DNA of 64,000 nucleotides from assembly GCA_036785375.1 (NCBI GenBank), contig JAWMAR010000267.1, positions 372,001 through 436,000 on the forward strand. The letters run 5' to 3'. The translations under genes and the position numbers were made by a program. Each line of letters opens with the position of its first letter. Position 1 is the first letter of the stretch. This DNA comes from Leucoraja ocellata. Lineage: Eukaryota. Of the stretch, positions 1-13,769 are shown in pieces. Below the pieces are notes generated by a model, which made no database searches, was not told the origin of the DNA, and was given only the letters and a program-made list of their open reading frames with translations.

Positions 1-462
1 TTGTGACACAAAAAAACTAATAATTGGAAACAATTGCAGATCTTGTTCGTTTTTTTAAATGTTTTGATAACCTGAGAATTTTTTTTAAATCAATGTAAAT
101 ATATATTCAAAAACTGGGTTTATGTATACATTTGTTTTCCTGATTTGTTATTAAACTTTTAAAATCTATAATGGAAATTGTGCACTATCGTCCGAATGAC
201 GATGCCCGATTGTCATCTTTCAGGTCAAATTAGATACTATCTGCCCCGTGACATCTGTAAGTAGAGGCTTGGTTAATTACTTAATTATTAACAAACTTTG
301 ATTGATATCACGACGCTATTCACCAACCGACATCGCTACTAATCCGACGTAATTTTAAAAATCATAGGGCATTTGCCTCTGTTCCGAACGCCAAAACAAT
401 AGTTTCGGGTATATAAAGAAGGTTATATTAACTAGTTCAGATGGTTCTGGGATTCTAGAAAA

Positions 463-558
463 CGGTCTGAAGAAAGGTCTCGACCCGAAACGTCACCCAT
501 CCATTCTCTCCAGAGATGCTGCCTGTCCCGCTGAGTTACTCCAACATTTGTGTCTACC
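463..558 (+). mobile_element. Short non-autonomous Penelope-derived repeat with hammerhead core
   Basis: ggt-CTGAAGA(467-473)-aaggtctcgaccc-GAAACGTC-acc followed by the family body. Flanked by TTCTAGAAAA at 453-462 and 559-568 (10-bp TSD). Confidence 0.85.
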
Positions 559-3503
559 TTCTAGAAAAACCTAAAATGCACGGCATTGAGTAAAATCATA
601 TTGGTTAATTATATGCCAGCAGCATAAAATAGATTTTAAACTAGACCTCACCGCCATATCAAATAGATAGGTAATTTGAAAGTAACTACTATCAATTTGT
701 TTTATACCCGTATCATATGTGTAGGTGAATTCCTTTGCTTTTTGCAAGTGACTAATTACAATTACTGCATCATTATCCCAGCATGCATACACACACTGTT
801 GATATATTCTACCAGGTCGTTTGAAACTTTGCCACCGCAAGTAGAAATAGACAAATAAATCACAGCGTGGACAACTGATCAGCTAATTTTTACATTATAT
901 TCGCTAAGCACCGCGCAGGTGTTGATCAGATGGTTGGGCTGATCATCGCACTCGTAACACTTGTACGACGTTTCAGGTAGGAAATTAACTTTTGTGCAGT
1001 AGTCATAATTTATTCAAATTTATATCTCAAATTGCTTTCTAATGTACTGCCACTGAAAGGGCTGTTTACTGTTAGCTGATTACTGTGTGGGTATTTACGT
1101 ATATGTGTGGAGAAGTTTAACAGAACATGTGCTGTGCAGTGATAACTAATACATGTGCGCGTTATCTATGGGCTTTGCAATTACACACACACACTCGGTT
1201 TGGACAACTGTAGCAGGATGTCCACATCCATTCATCTACCTGATATCTGATGTACACCGCTTTTTAATATAGCACAATACCACCAATTTTACAAAATCAT
1301 TCAATTAATAAATTACAATTAAATGAACGACCATAAATGAAGATGAAAAGATGACATCTAATTGTATTTAACCTCCATCGTTCACTGTTATGGCCGTGTC
1401 GATAATGAGACCTGCGAACCCGGCAGCAACAATGATCGTTGGACGAGTTCAGGTAATGAGTCGCAAGGACGGTGTTTGAAAAAAAAAATGCTTGAGAATA
1501 TAGATCATCTATTCTCCTTTGTACTCTTCAGCAAGGACATAAAATGTTAACGATAGTGAAAAGGAGAGCTGTTTTCCAATGATGGGGTGTATTTCTGCAG
1601 TGCGGACTGGATTGTTCAGAAAAATGCACATTCATGTTTTCTTTAAAAAAGTAAACTTTGAATAGGATTCATTGAGGATAGTTGACATCCTATTTTATCC
1701 GCATATCTTCCCCGGTGCTTGTCATCAACTGGTCTAGATTTCGATTTAATAGCTGAGTCTAAGCAGCCTCGCTGAGGATCTGCCATTGATAACGTATCCG
1801 CGGGCATTGACATAAACCAAGAGCAATTCACCTAGAAAACAGCTAACAATGGCCTGTTTCCTTTATCGTCATTTCTTTAAAATATATATATTTCATTCTG
1901 CAGTTCCTTCCTACACAATGCAACTTCCTCCTCCACTCAACCCACGCACACATGTGTTCGGGGTTTGGAGAGTTAATATGTATTCCTGGTTTAATTATGG
2001 ATCTAGCTTGGCTTTAATACCAATGAATTGGATGGCGACAATTGAAGCACTGGGATCATGTACCAGCATACGGCCGGTTCACATTTATAGTATACAGGTG
2101 TTTGGTGCTCTGGGTATCACAGATACCAAATCTTCACATTAGCACTCTCCTCAAATTCGTATTATCTTTACTAAAGCAAAGCAATTGTACTATGATCATT
2201 TGGGACGAGCCAAGTGCGTTTTAATAAATGCAAATTCATGCGCATTTCTTAAATAAATGTATTCTAACATACACTTCCGGAAATATACCTGTTTAATTAT
2301 ATTTCAATACTTTAACATTTAATTCCACACTACCAAAGCTCTGCTATAGGATCTTTGCACACTACTACGCGGTAACATTTTGTTCAACGTTACAGATATC
2401 ACGACCAAAGCGAATATGAGTTACCCAGCAATCCTGCCTTGGAGATTCTGGTTGTTTCTGTGAAGTTTATCTGTGATTCCATGAACTGCTGCTGTTAATC
2501 CTCAGAGAAAGGACAACAAAAACAGGACTGGCCATTTGTCCAAAATTCGTATTTATCTAATAAGAAGAGTGGCGTTAAAACGTAACTTGGTTTTATTTAC
2601 ATTATCACAGTTATAACATTTGTTTCAGTTTCGCTCTGGAAGTCCTCATCCAAACCATCTCTTTAATTGACCCACATTGTTAATTGGAGAAGTCCCGTAA
2701 AACAACGGCCTTTTAATTTTTGCCCATTCCTTGATTTAAAGAGACCATTTCAAATATCATTTGGGAACAAAACTGCACATTATGTCAGTTCCATTGCTGT
2801 TTTTCTTTTCAAATTGCACAAGTATATATGAACAGTTAAAGGTCAAAACATCAAGGTCAAGGTGCAGTTGTAGCGCCGGCAACGTTTGAAAATGTGTTCT
2901 CAATGTAAACCGAGAGGGAAAATTATTTTTAAATTGTATGCGATATTTACCCAATACAATCAACCTTAAGAAGCACATAAACCCTAATGGAATCAATCAT
3001 CTCTCAAATGCAAATGATTATTATTTGGAACAGAAACGCCACTTATTTTTAAAGATTAATCACTAATTTTACTCTGTGTCAGATCAAATATTCACTTCAT
3101 TTATTGGCACGGACTTGTTTCTTAAATGGGCTCATTGAGAACTTCTGAAACAAACCAATATTTTGCAGATGTGGAATTGTGCTGACCATAATTTCATTTC
3201 AGCGCCAGTGGTGCCAATCCGTCTGCCTAAGGCAGACTTTTTAACAAAGGGATTTGGGGTGAGTCAAATCGTGGGAATTTACCCCCCCCCCCTCCCCCCT
3301 CCACCCCTCGGCCCAGCCACCAACCCCGCCGCCCCCTTCTGAGAGAAACCGCTGATACCGACCCAGATGCCAGATTGGACCCAACCATAAAGTTTCATGA
3401 ATAAAGTTATTGGCTGCATTTCCAATAGATTTTTGCGGTTTCCATTGGTAAAGGGATAGCAGTTTAGGACCCAACATCGAATAACTGGGACATTTGGAGG
3501 AAG

Positions 3504-3506
<3 letters not shown>

Positions 3507-3534
<28 letters not shown>
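3507..3534. repeat. Poly-G tract; poly-C tracts also at 7718-7739, 10647-10666 and 37406-37432
   Basis: Directly visible homopolymers of 20-28 nt. Confidence 0.9.
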
Positions 3535-5270
3535 TATTTGCGCAAAGAAACGGATTGCACCGACCGTTGACCTGATATCCTGGCGGGATTTCATTTTTGC
3601 TGGGGCTGAGACGCAGACTTGGAGCAACGTTTCTGTTGAAGTGCCGGGCAGTGACCTCTTGTGATTATTAAAGAGCCGACTGACCGCCACTCTGTTCCGT
3701 TGCCCTCATTTATAATAAAATATGGTTTTAGTGGCACTCTATTCGTACCACTTATCTTAATTAGAACTTGGTCTACACAAGGTTTAACTAGGATTGTGGG
3801 GGCGGGGTGATGCGGTGAAGGAAGGGGGGCACAGATAAGGAATGCATTGTATATGTGTGTGAGGATTTATGTGGGACAGAATGGTACACTGCATGCCACA
3901 AAGTAAGTGCAAAAATAATCCGTGGTTGCACGGTTAACATGTTCTTACTAGCAGTTAATCGATTAAAATTGAATTAATATCGGATGTTTTGTTTTAAAGC
4001 ATTTTAAACCTAGACTCCTGGTTGATTCCAGATGTACCGTCTTTTGAGAGTTTTGTTTTAGCTTCTGATCTCTTATCATCGGAAAATATAGCACACATTT
4101 CTGGACCTAGAATTGCATGTAGGTTATATGACCAAGTTTTTGTCAAAGGCTCCGACCAAGGCGGTCACACCAGGAACATTAATTTCTCGATTTTTGCAGA
4201 TACAGGCACGCCTCCTGTCATTTCCTGCACGTTCCTCGTTCCAGGTTTTCAATGTTTAAAAAAATTATGTTCTGTAACATTTCAGCATTAGCATTTCATA
4301 GATCCAGCAAACCAGTGTACAGATCATGAAATAATGGAACACTGTGACCAATTTCTGTCAAGATACATATAGCAATTCAAGGAGTGGCTAACATTTGAAA
4401 AAAAAACATTTTCAGCGATGTTTTGTTAATTCGCCCACGGAAGGACATTGTGATTAGACACGGTGCAATCTGATTAGAAATGCAACATATATAGACCGGA
4501 ACAAATGTGGTAGATTGTGAAATAACATCCTTTGTGATATACCGTGCACAACGTAAACTGGATCAAAACCTTAAAAAGCACCAGTTTTCCGCCAAAATTT
4601 GCTATTGGACGTGCACCAGCGAAATTGACAGCATTTGATGACCACGTGAATTCATTCATGTTCTAGATTTAACACTAACAGAGCTTTGCAACAAATTGCA
4701 ATGAATCTGCCCAATTCCATTAGGCGATGTTTTAAATAGTAAATTATAGTGAGGCTGGGGTTTCAACCAAACTGCACTAAAATCAACCGGATTTTAAAAC
4801 CAAACTCGCAAAGGTTGTGTAAACTCACACGACTCCATCAATTTTTACTTGGATTTATTTGATAATTTTATTATAAGCGCGCACACGTTTTATATTTGCT
4901 CACTTGACGCCGCCAAACCGGAGCATAAAATTCACCTTCGTCAATGCTTTTCGCTCCCTAGAGAAATAATGAAAAATGCCGAAAACAAACGAGGAAAAAT
5001 ATCCCTATAGTTATAACCACAACGCGTTATCCGCTGTTCTGAAATATTGCCTGGATTTTGGCGATGCTAATTATATTAAGCTTTGCCTTTCAATCGTAAA
5101 TAAAAGAAACAATCTGGTAACTACAATCTATGTTACATTACTCTATCGTATTTATTTGTTAAATTTAAATGGATTCGATTCGTGTCCATATTTTCCTTAA
5201 TATTCTGAATGAACTCACTGCAAAATTCTTGGGGTAGCCTCGGAAACATAAAGATCAAAACAAACATAAA

Positions 5271-5365
5271 TCTGATGAATGATCCCCGACCCGAAACGTC
5301 ACCTATCTATGTTCTCCAGAGATGCTGCCTGGCCTGCTGAGTTACTCCAGCACTTTGTGTCTTTG
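5271..5365 (+). mobile_element. Penelope-derived repeat, CTGATGA core with damaged stem II
   Basis: tCTGATGAatgatccccgacccGAAACGTCacc followed by ctccagagatgctgcctggcctgctgagttactccagc. Confidence 0.75.
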
Positions 5366-5642
5366 TTTCCCTCGAAGACATAGACATTTTAAATATATAT
5401 TGTTATAACAATTACCTCGACAAGACAAGGGTGACGGTAATTTTAATGGGTTTTGATAAACGCCTGGAGTGAACGCGTTAGATGACAAAACATAAAACGA
5501 TTGTTATTTTAAAGACTCTCAAGAAAAATCACCCATGGGTTGTCCTATAACATGAAGTTATATATTGATTAACAGAGAATAATGTAGTATCCTAGCATTA
5601 TTTGTATATATCAAACAAAGGATAACATTTTGCAAACAATAG

Positions 5643-5846
5643 ACCATTCTGGGCTCCACCTTTCCTTGAACACCGTTACTTTTTGCATATATTTCATTCA
5701 TTTCTTCTATTTACCTCCTATATCTCTCGTTTTCGCTTCCCTCGACTCTCAGTCTGAAGAAGGGTCTCGACCCGAAACGTCACCTATTCTTTTTCTCCAG
5801 AGATGCTGCCTGACCCGCTGAGTTAATCGAGCGTTTTGTGTTTCTC
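5643..5846 (+). mobile_element. Penelope-derived repeat with intact hammerhead core and pyrimidine-rich upstream extension
   Basis: CTGAAGA 5754-5760, AGGGTCTCGACCC, GAAACGTC 5774-5781, then the family body. Confidence 0.85.
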
Positions 5847-7479
5847 AATGGATAATATTAACGGTTTTAGCGTGGAAGTGCCGTGGATACCATAATGTGC
5901 CGTGGATATATAATGGGAATAGTGATACTATTACCATTATATGATTTTTCTTTCTTGGAGCGAGGACATCCAAACTAACACTTTATATCGGAAATCATCT
6001 TTGGGATATTCTATCACCGCCCCTTCAGCTAATGGGGCACCTTTAGCACATGTCTGTGAGACAACGTTTAAATATCAGTGAAGCAACTAGCCTGCATTAG
6101 GCTGCTGGTGAATTCTGATCAAACATTTGGCTCCCCATATAAAGTGATCCAGGAATTGAAAGGTGGGGACCTCGATGTCCAAGCTGCCAGCTGAATAGCT
6201 AAAACGAAGAAACGAGCTGGGGAAAAAAATCACATAAAGATATTTTATGTCTGCTATTAAGTCGAAGAATTTCCTCTCAAGTTTCCAGCATCTGCGACTA
6301 TTTTTTTAACATTCATATTCCATAATTGGAAACATTTTTAAAATATAAATATAACAAAAATGCAAACAGCCAGTGCGAATGCAAACCAAATAGTTTTGGT
6401 TATTTGGACTGGTTAGCATCATTTGCGTTTCCACCGCTGCTTTGCCGGCGCTTCAAATAAAGAACAGAGAGACCTGGGTTTGGTGTATGGAGAACTTCAA
6501 TAAAAGCAAATCTGACGGGGATCCTGTTGGCATTGCATGTCAGATTGTATTCTAATAGATCCCGCCAACGATTAAACAAATCATTCTCAAAAGTGCGGAA
6601 TTATACCTCACGCTACCAGAAGAGAGGTGATTACGGCATACTGAGCGTGTTAAATTCTGATTCTATTTCAGAAGTACTTTATTAGTCACATGCACCGGAT
6701 ATGAACCGGAACAATGAAATTGTTACTTCAGCAGATTTATATAATTCTATATTAGTTTTAAATTAAAAATAGTATCTCCGAACTTAGACCTGTGCAACTT
6801 CATCAACCCAAAGTGGGTATGTGTTTGGGAGAGAAGGGATGATTCTATGGTACTTTAAGTGGGTCCCGCCGACGCAACCACGCCAGCAGAACGAGGCGTT
6901 TTGACATCTGGCAAATTTCTTCAAAATAAAGGTTATAACGCGATTTGAAAAATAAACACGCACGTCGGTTGGAGGAGCAATTAGACACCGTACAATATCA
7001 GGTTAATAAACTTCCTGGCGAGTTCATTTGACGTTTCCTTCCGTGACTATGAGTCCGGCTTTAACAAATAATGGGGAAAGGAGGGGGGAGGGGAACGTTT
7101 TCGCCAAACAGATGTTGACAGAAGTCTCAATTCAATGATATTTGTAGATGAAAAAGACAGACATATAGCACTGGCACCGAACTGGCCGCCCAAATCTAGG
7201 AAAAGGGTCTGGAGGGAAACTAATGATGAAAAAAAAACGTCTACCCCGTCTCAGTTGCCTTAATTAAATGCATGGAAAGAACCGAGAGGCTCACATCTGG
7301 TTTCAATATGGTTCTCTTTGATGGCATCAAGTGTTCTTTTCCCATATCAGGCCGCTGCAAGTAATGGGACGTCTATTGCAGCGCGGAGCCCAGACTCCTG
7401 CCATTTCCACACATGGACTCCCTTCAGTCCTGTAGAGTCCTCTTTCTGTAAACTCACGCAATCTTCGGCATGAGGACAG

Positions 7480-9001
7480 AATATCACGGAATGCTGAGGG
7501 GAGGGGGAGGGGGAGGGGAATGATAACTTCAAAACTATATAACATCTTTGCAATTTTTTTTAATAAAAGCGAGAAAGGAACAATCTTTCACATGCTTGTT
7601 TTTGCTGGTAAATGCGTTCAAACGCACCGCGAGACACTCGCGGAAATCGCCAAACAGAAAAAAAACACAAGTGAAAATGCCTATTCGTGAAAAAACTTCT
7701 GGCATTTCCCTCCCTCTCCCCCCCCCCCCCCCCCCCCCCTCCCCCTCCCTCCCCCGATCCGTGCGGTTCTGATCGCTGCTGCACAAGTGAAACAAAAGCT
7801 AAATGCTGGCCGGGCTGGCTGCACACAGGCAAGATCACTGGGTCTGTGTTGCTCGGACTAGGAGCGTCCCTCCCGCCAGTGCCGGCAGGCGCAGGAGCCC
7901 AGGTCACGTTCAAACGCACCGGGTACGGTTTCTGTCAGCCTGGTGATTGAAAATGTAAGTTAGGGCCATTGGATTAACTCTTTTTGCACAAAGTTGACTT
8001 GGCGTTGCTTGTGTAGGTGAGTACATGGCCCTTGTAATATTTTCTTTCGCCTGAAGCAAGGAACTATTTATGGCCGTATGCAAAGGAAAAGCGGATTATT
8101 TTTTTTTGAAGGGGAGGGGGAGGGGAAGGTGCTCCACGATTGGTATAAAACATGCAAATTAGTTCTTTAACCGCAATGCAAAACAAGTCTGGGTGAGTTG
8201 ACGGGATAGATAAACAAGCTGACTCTTTGAAGTATTTTCCTGGCTGTCAGCTTCTCTCTTTTTTTATATATTTTTCAGATGATAATTACGTCTTCTAACG
8301 AATTACAAAGGGATCCGAGGACAGATTACAAGAGAGCAAAGGTTTCACTTGCCCGCTCTAATCAAAGTGGTGGGAGTGCTGTGATGGAGAGGGGTCTGTA
8401 GAACGTCAGAGGTACAGAACACAGGGGCTTTGCCACGTAATTACAGGCCTGTATTACCAGAATCTCGTCTCCCTGGGGTCACCAATTTTAATTTATTCGG
8501 CGCAAAATAATCCCTGGACGGCACTCCGCTGGCTTTTGAAGTGCCAGAAAGGCCTTTTTTTCTGCAAGCAGAAGTATTGCACACTTCAGAGTTCCCCCGC
8601 CTAGAATCTTCCAACCAAAAACTATTTTACCCTCCTGTGTGTGTGTGTCTCTCTCTCTTAAACCAGAGTAAGTTGAGAAACCTCACTTGTACATCTGCAA
8701 AACATCATTCTTTCTAAACTGATGTCACCTATGTGAGTCAAGAAGGAAGGACAACTTTTCTTCAAGTTCCTGACTATGTACTGCTGTTGCATTGGCGCCG
8801 GAGAAGTTACCGACTGTAAGGAAAGTTTGCTCATTTTTTCTCTTTTTTAACGTTTTGATTTTTTCCGGCGTGGGGTTCAAGTGTGTGGAGACCTATTCTG
8901 ACAGCATTAGCCTCAACTGGAGGCGAAAGGTGCCGAGGTTCAGAAGATTAATAGAATTTGTATATATACATTTTGTTTTCAACAAAAATAGTACCTAAGC
9001 C
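7480..9001 (+). promoter_or_regulatory. PRRX1 promoter / 5' leader region
   Basis: Repeat-free region directly upstream of the ATG. GC/CpG-rich block at about 7740-7930, GGGGAGGGG boxes, ATTGG 8139-8143, TATAAAA 8144-8150, octamer ATGCAAAT 8152-8159, several TAATTA cores at 8280-8500. TSS not determinable. Confidence 0.55.
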
Positions 9002-9251
9002 ATGACCTCGAATTATCCCCACGTAATGGACAGGCAAGCGTCCTCTGTACCCACTCGCTTGGAGAATACTATCACAGCCAGCATGGACAATTTACAGTCT
9101 AAAAAGAACTTCACGGTGAGTCACCTGCTGGATCTGGAAGAAGTGGGGGAGATGAATCTTCAGCAGGCCGACGAGGGTGTGAGTGAGGCGGGCAGGAAAC
9201 TGCTCGAGTCCCCGGCGGTGACCAGCGGCAGTGACACTCCCCAACAAGAAA
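9002..9251 (+). CDS. PRRX1: PRRX1 coding exon 1 (N-terminus)
   Basis: gccATG at 9002 preceded by an in-frame TAA (8996-8998). Translates MTSNYPHVMDRQ...KKNFTVSHLLDLEE...LLESPAVTSGSDTPQQE, closely matching vertebrate PRRX1. Ends in phase 1 at A|GTAAGT (9252). Confidence 0.96.
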
Positions 9252-11763
9252 GTAAGTGTGAACAAAACATAAATAAAATGGGGGACAAGGGTTTACTAAC
9301 GGGATTATCACTGTGGCGCAAAGAGTGATCATCGCATTAACACGTACGTGTAAATGTCGTGGAGCCGTTTGTTATTACGGAAGCTTGGAGATGTCGCTTG
9401 GCACAGTCCCGAGGCGCCTTTTATGAGGCAGATGGAGGTAAATGTTTTGCGGAGGGGGGCGGGTGAAGAACAACACACTTATGCAAGATATCCCGTATTC
9501 TCGCCTGCTATTTACAGAATTTCCCTAATGCGAATATGTTTTGGGTGTAGTGGAAATTTAAAATCATCTATATCGAGTTTCGCTCCCTAACACAGTGCGA
9601 TCTAACTAACTAGTGTTCCATACTGAAAAGAAGAAGTACAGGTATGTAGGAAAACAGAAACGACTGACTCAGAGACTGAGAATTAACAGCCAATGTCAAT
9701 AGTTGTGACTTCAAGCAGTAATGTTACAATGCAATGTGAGTATTGGAGTAGGACAGTATGGAGAGAGATGTAGGCTGGTGCGTTCTGGTCGACCACATTA
9801 TACCAATGGAGAATATTTCAAGGTCATGTCTATATGGATAACGCCATTAAATACAATTGATTTGGCAAAGAGGGATTATTGTAAATTCAGAGTTGTGCCG
9901 TCCAACTATTTAGCAATGCGTCGGCCCCATTAGCAAAACCATATTGCTTTTGATCGTTCATTATCTGAGAACATGTGTAGCCATTACAAGTGGACGTATT
10001 GAATTTGACAAAAGTGCTTTAAGTGTCCCCACAGACAACATCACTGGTAATGACAGCTAATCTGATTAGATTGATAAATTGATTGGTCATGCATCAACGA
10101 TAAAAGACGACATCTTTGTTTTCAATGAATCATGCCTCGCATGTGAAGTTAAGGAAACATTTACTTCCAATTATCCACGGCAACAGGCTGGCCAAAACTC
10201 ACTCTCTCCCTGTGCTCGGAATAACTCCGATTTTTATCACTTTTTGAAGTGAAATAATTTCCACAACCAGTAACACTTCAATCTGTTGCATTTTCCGTAA
10301 GCGCCGAATATAAGGGAATGCGAGGAATTATTTAAACTATCTACCCTACATAGATGGAGGCCCAGATGGGAAAATAAGATCAATTGGAACATGATTTGTG
10401 GTGGGGCAGTCAGTTTTATTTGCTTCAGTTATGGTTTTTTTAAACAAGCCCCTGAACATTCGATTCTCTTCCAGTGCTGGCACCAGTTTGCTAATAAAAG
10501 ATAAGGGAAAAGCGTGTAAATTCTCTGCTTCTTTCATCCTAGTGCAGTTAAGATAAAGATTGTTAGATGTTTTCCGCCTGCCTGTGGATCAGAGTGAGTT
10601 CGATGCTGTCTGATTGATGTGTGGTGTTCAGAATGTCTCTCTCTTACCCCCCCCCCCCCCCCCCCCTCCCCTTTCTTCCCTTTCCCTCCAGAGACCTCTA
10701 CTGACCATTAGATACGGCTTATTGAGCCAGCCTGGCCTAAATTCATCAGCCCCCACCCCTTTACATTTCTCTGACAGCACAGCAGATGTGGCTCGGCGCC
10801 GGCAATGTGCCCCTGACCGGAGATCTGCCTTGATCCCCTGGTCTGAGAATCTGCCCCGAGCAACACAACCAGTCTGACATTCTGAACAGGGCCCCGGGAA
10901 ACGCCGACTAACATTTTATAGTTTATAGTTGCCCCCGCTACATTTTAACAGTCCAATTACGGAACACGTTGCTGGTTGAGACCATTTTATATTTATAACA
11001 AGTTTGGTAATGCCGGGTATTAAGCCAAGGGAATATTTGAGGAGAGGAAAGGGAGTCCAGTCCGTTCTATCAAGTTAGTACACGCTTTCAAATGGAGACC
11101 CATCCCTCCTAATAAAGCTCCCAAGTTTAAAGGCCCGCTGGCCTCCAAGGGATGTGATATTAACCAAAGTCGTTTAACCAAAGCAGCACCAGGTTTTTTT
11201 TTGGAAGAAGTGCCCTGCAGTGGTTCATCACTAAGCAGCTAGTGTCACCCTAGGCAGAGTGTTGGGTGCTCTCACCTAAACACAGGGGATGATCCATTCA
11301 GTCGACACTTTTAACCACTTGCGGCAACCAGACCAGCCAGGCACAGACCGACTCGTCCGCAAGTCGGAAAGTAAACTGAAGAGGAGTTATACAATTAAAA
11401 CAACGTGACACCATTTCTAGTGGCGTTAGAAACCTAATTTGCTTTCCTTTTGAAGTAATAAAGAAGTGGTTGCATGTGTAGAACGGACATCATGTGTTGT
11501 CACAGGTTCGCATGAGGTTGGCGGATAATTACAATACAGACAGAATGAGGCTCACTGCGGAAGTGTTGTTGCATAACCTTTCACCGGTTGGTTTTTCCTG
11601 GTAGATTGGAAGGCAAACAATCAAGAAACACGGCCGTTATAATGTTACAGCAAGAAAGTTGCTATTTATTAATCTGATTCGTAAAGTCATCGGTTACAGC
11701 TGTAAATAATTATTTAGCGTTTGACAATAAGAATTATTGGATATATTCGGAGATTATGAGTAA

Positions 11764-11942
11764 AAGGAACAGCAGATGCTGGTTTAAACCGAAGATAGAC
11801 ACTCCACATCACCGTCTATATCTCTCGTTTTCCTTATCCCTAACCAGTCTGAAGAAGGGTCTCGACCCGAAACGTCACCCATTCCTTCTCTCCAGAGATG
11901 CTGCCTGCCCCGCTGAGTTACTCCGGCGTTTTGTGTCTATCT
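11764..11942 (+). mobile_element. Penelope-derived repeat in PRRX1 intron 1, preceded by an inverted fragment of the family 3' end
   Basis: 11764-11801 is the reverse complement of the family tail. CTGAAGA 11849-11855 and GAAACGTC 11869-11876 lie on the sense strand. Confidence 0.85.
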
Positions 11943-13052
11943 ACGGAGATTGTGATTTGCTTAAGCCCTGGTCTGAAGCATTTTCGGGCGGAATCAACTG
12001 TTCGTTAACAGTTGCTTGCAGCCGTCAACGAAATCATAAAATACAGATTGACTTGCGCAAGATTACAAACCTATTCACGCACCCTTGTAAAGGGGCACAG
12101 GGATGCAAGTTCGAATCTGGAGGAGGGTTGGAATACAACCCGACACCGCAACAGAAATAAATTGTCTAAGAAATACCTAAATTGGAATGCGCAACCCGCT
12201 GGCACTTCAAGCTTTGTAGCCATTTCTTCAATGGACGCGAGTAACAGGCTTCGATTAAACCAGGTGCATTGACCGATTCAAGCAAGAGGCTTTTTTCTCA
12301 AATCAACATGTACCACATTCACTGCTATAAAATTGCAATGCCATCAAAAGCACATATTTTCCGCGCTAAAGCTCAACTATCCATCATGAACGAGTGGCTA
12401 TTTGTTAATGCAGTATAGTGCCCAGTCCATTGTATCACAACAGTTAACTCGTACAATATGTAACTCGCATCCATCATATAATTGTATTATTCTTCAGTAT
12501 ACAGTCAGATCATGGGAGAAAAAATCTGGAATTGCTTGGAGACTCCTGCAGGAGACACGATTTTCATTGGTAGGATGGCCATTCCATTGCCGTTTCAGCC
12601 ACTGTAAGAACTGCCTTTTAATGGACAAAGGGAAATATCTTAGCTAAATATTTCTCTTTCCTCGCGCAAGTTTCCTGTTCTAGGAAGTTCCCTGTCGTGG
12701 TTTCTGTTTCAATTATAGCTCGGGAAACCTGTACTTCTTGGGACAATATTGATGCTTATAACCGCTAATCCACTCATCAATCAAAGCATGAGCCTGATTT
12801 TGGAAATGAGAAATAAAGATAAAAGAAACGGTTTAGTTAAATGGAAGATGCAGCCCCAGGTATTCAGGGCAGAAATAACGTTGGATAAACATGGAGCACA
12901 CAAGCCCTATTTTACGATCCCTTTATGATTTATTTTTAAAAAAAATAGGATTGTAAAAGGGTTCGAAAAGCAACAGGAAAGATTCATCTGATAAACTGAA
13001 GTCATATCAAATAGCTACAAATGTAAAACTCACCTACGGAGAGAACATGCTA

Positions 13053-13126
13053 GCCTGTCCCGCTGAGTTACTCCAGCTTTTTGGGTCTATCTTCGGTTTA
13101 AACCAGCATCTGCAGTTCTTTCTTAC
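13053..13126 (+). mobile_element. 3' fragment of the same repeat (no ribozyme core)
   Basis: gcctgtcccgctgagttactccagc...cggtttaaaccagcatctgcagttc. Confidence 0.8.
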
Positions 13127-13493
13127 TCATGCTACATTTATTAAATAATTGTTCAGGATCAAATGGCAGTTTGGTCTGGACATTTGCCCTTCGCTTGGGG
13201 CGATCGACCAGTTTTGCAGACAATTCCAAGTGCGAAATGGCAATGTTTGGAGTGCATAGATTGTGTTGTCTCTCCCTTCTTTCTCCAGTTGAAACCTAGC
13301 AGTAGTTTTAACAGAATGATAGTCATTAACCTTCGCGGAGAGATATTTGACGGATATGCGCGGCCATAAGACAGAGAGACAGGCTACAACCGAACTGCAC
13401 AAACAGTGTGTTCTTCACATCCCTTGTACTCCAACTAGAGCCTTCTTTCTCGTTTAATTCCGCAAGTGCTAACTGATTAAACGGTGCGTATAA

Positions 13494-13769
<276 letters not shown>

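Noticed and set aside
3241-3690. Proline/glycine-rich ORFs (also 7535-7950 and 10614-10877)
   Set aside because: Artefacts of poly-G/poly-C tracts, with no recognisable domain or exon structure.
9252-9328. ORF-track extensions beyond PRRX1 exons (also 13689-13772)
   Set aside because: Read-through past GT donors. Similarity to PRRX1 stops at the splice sites.
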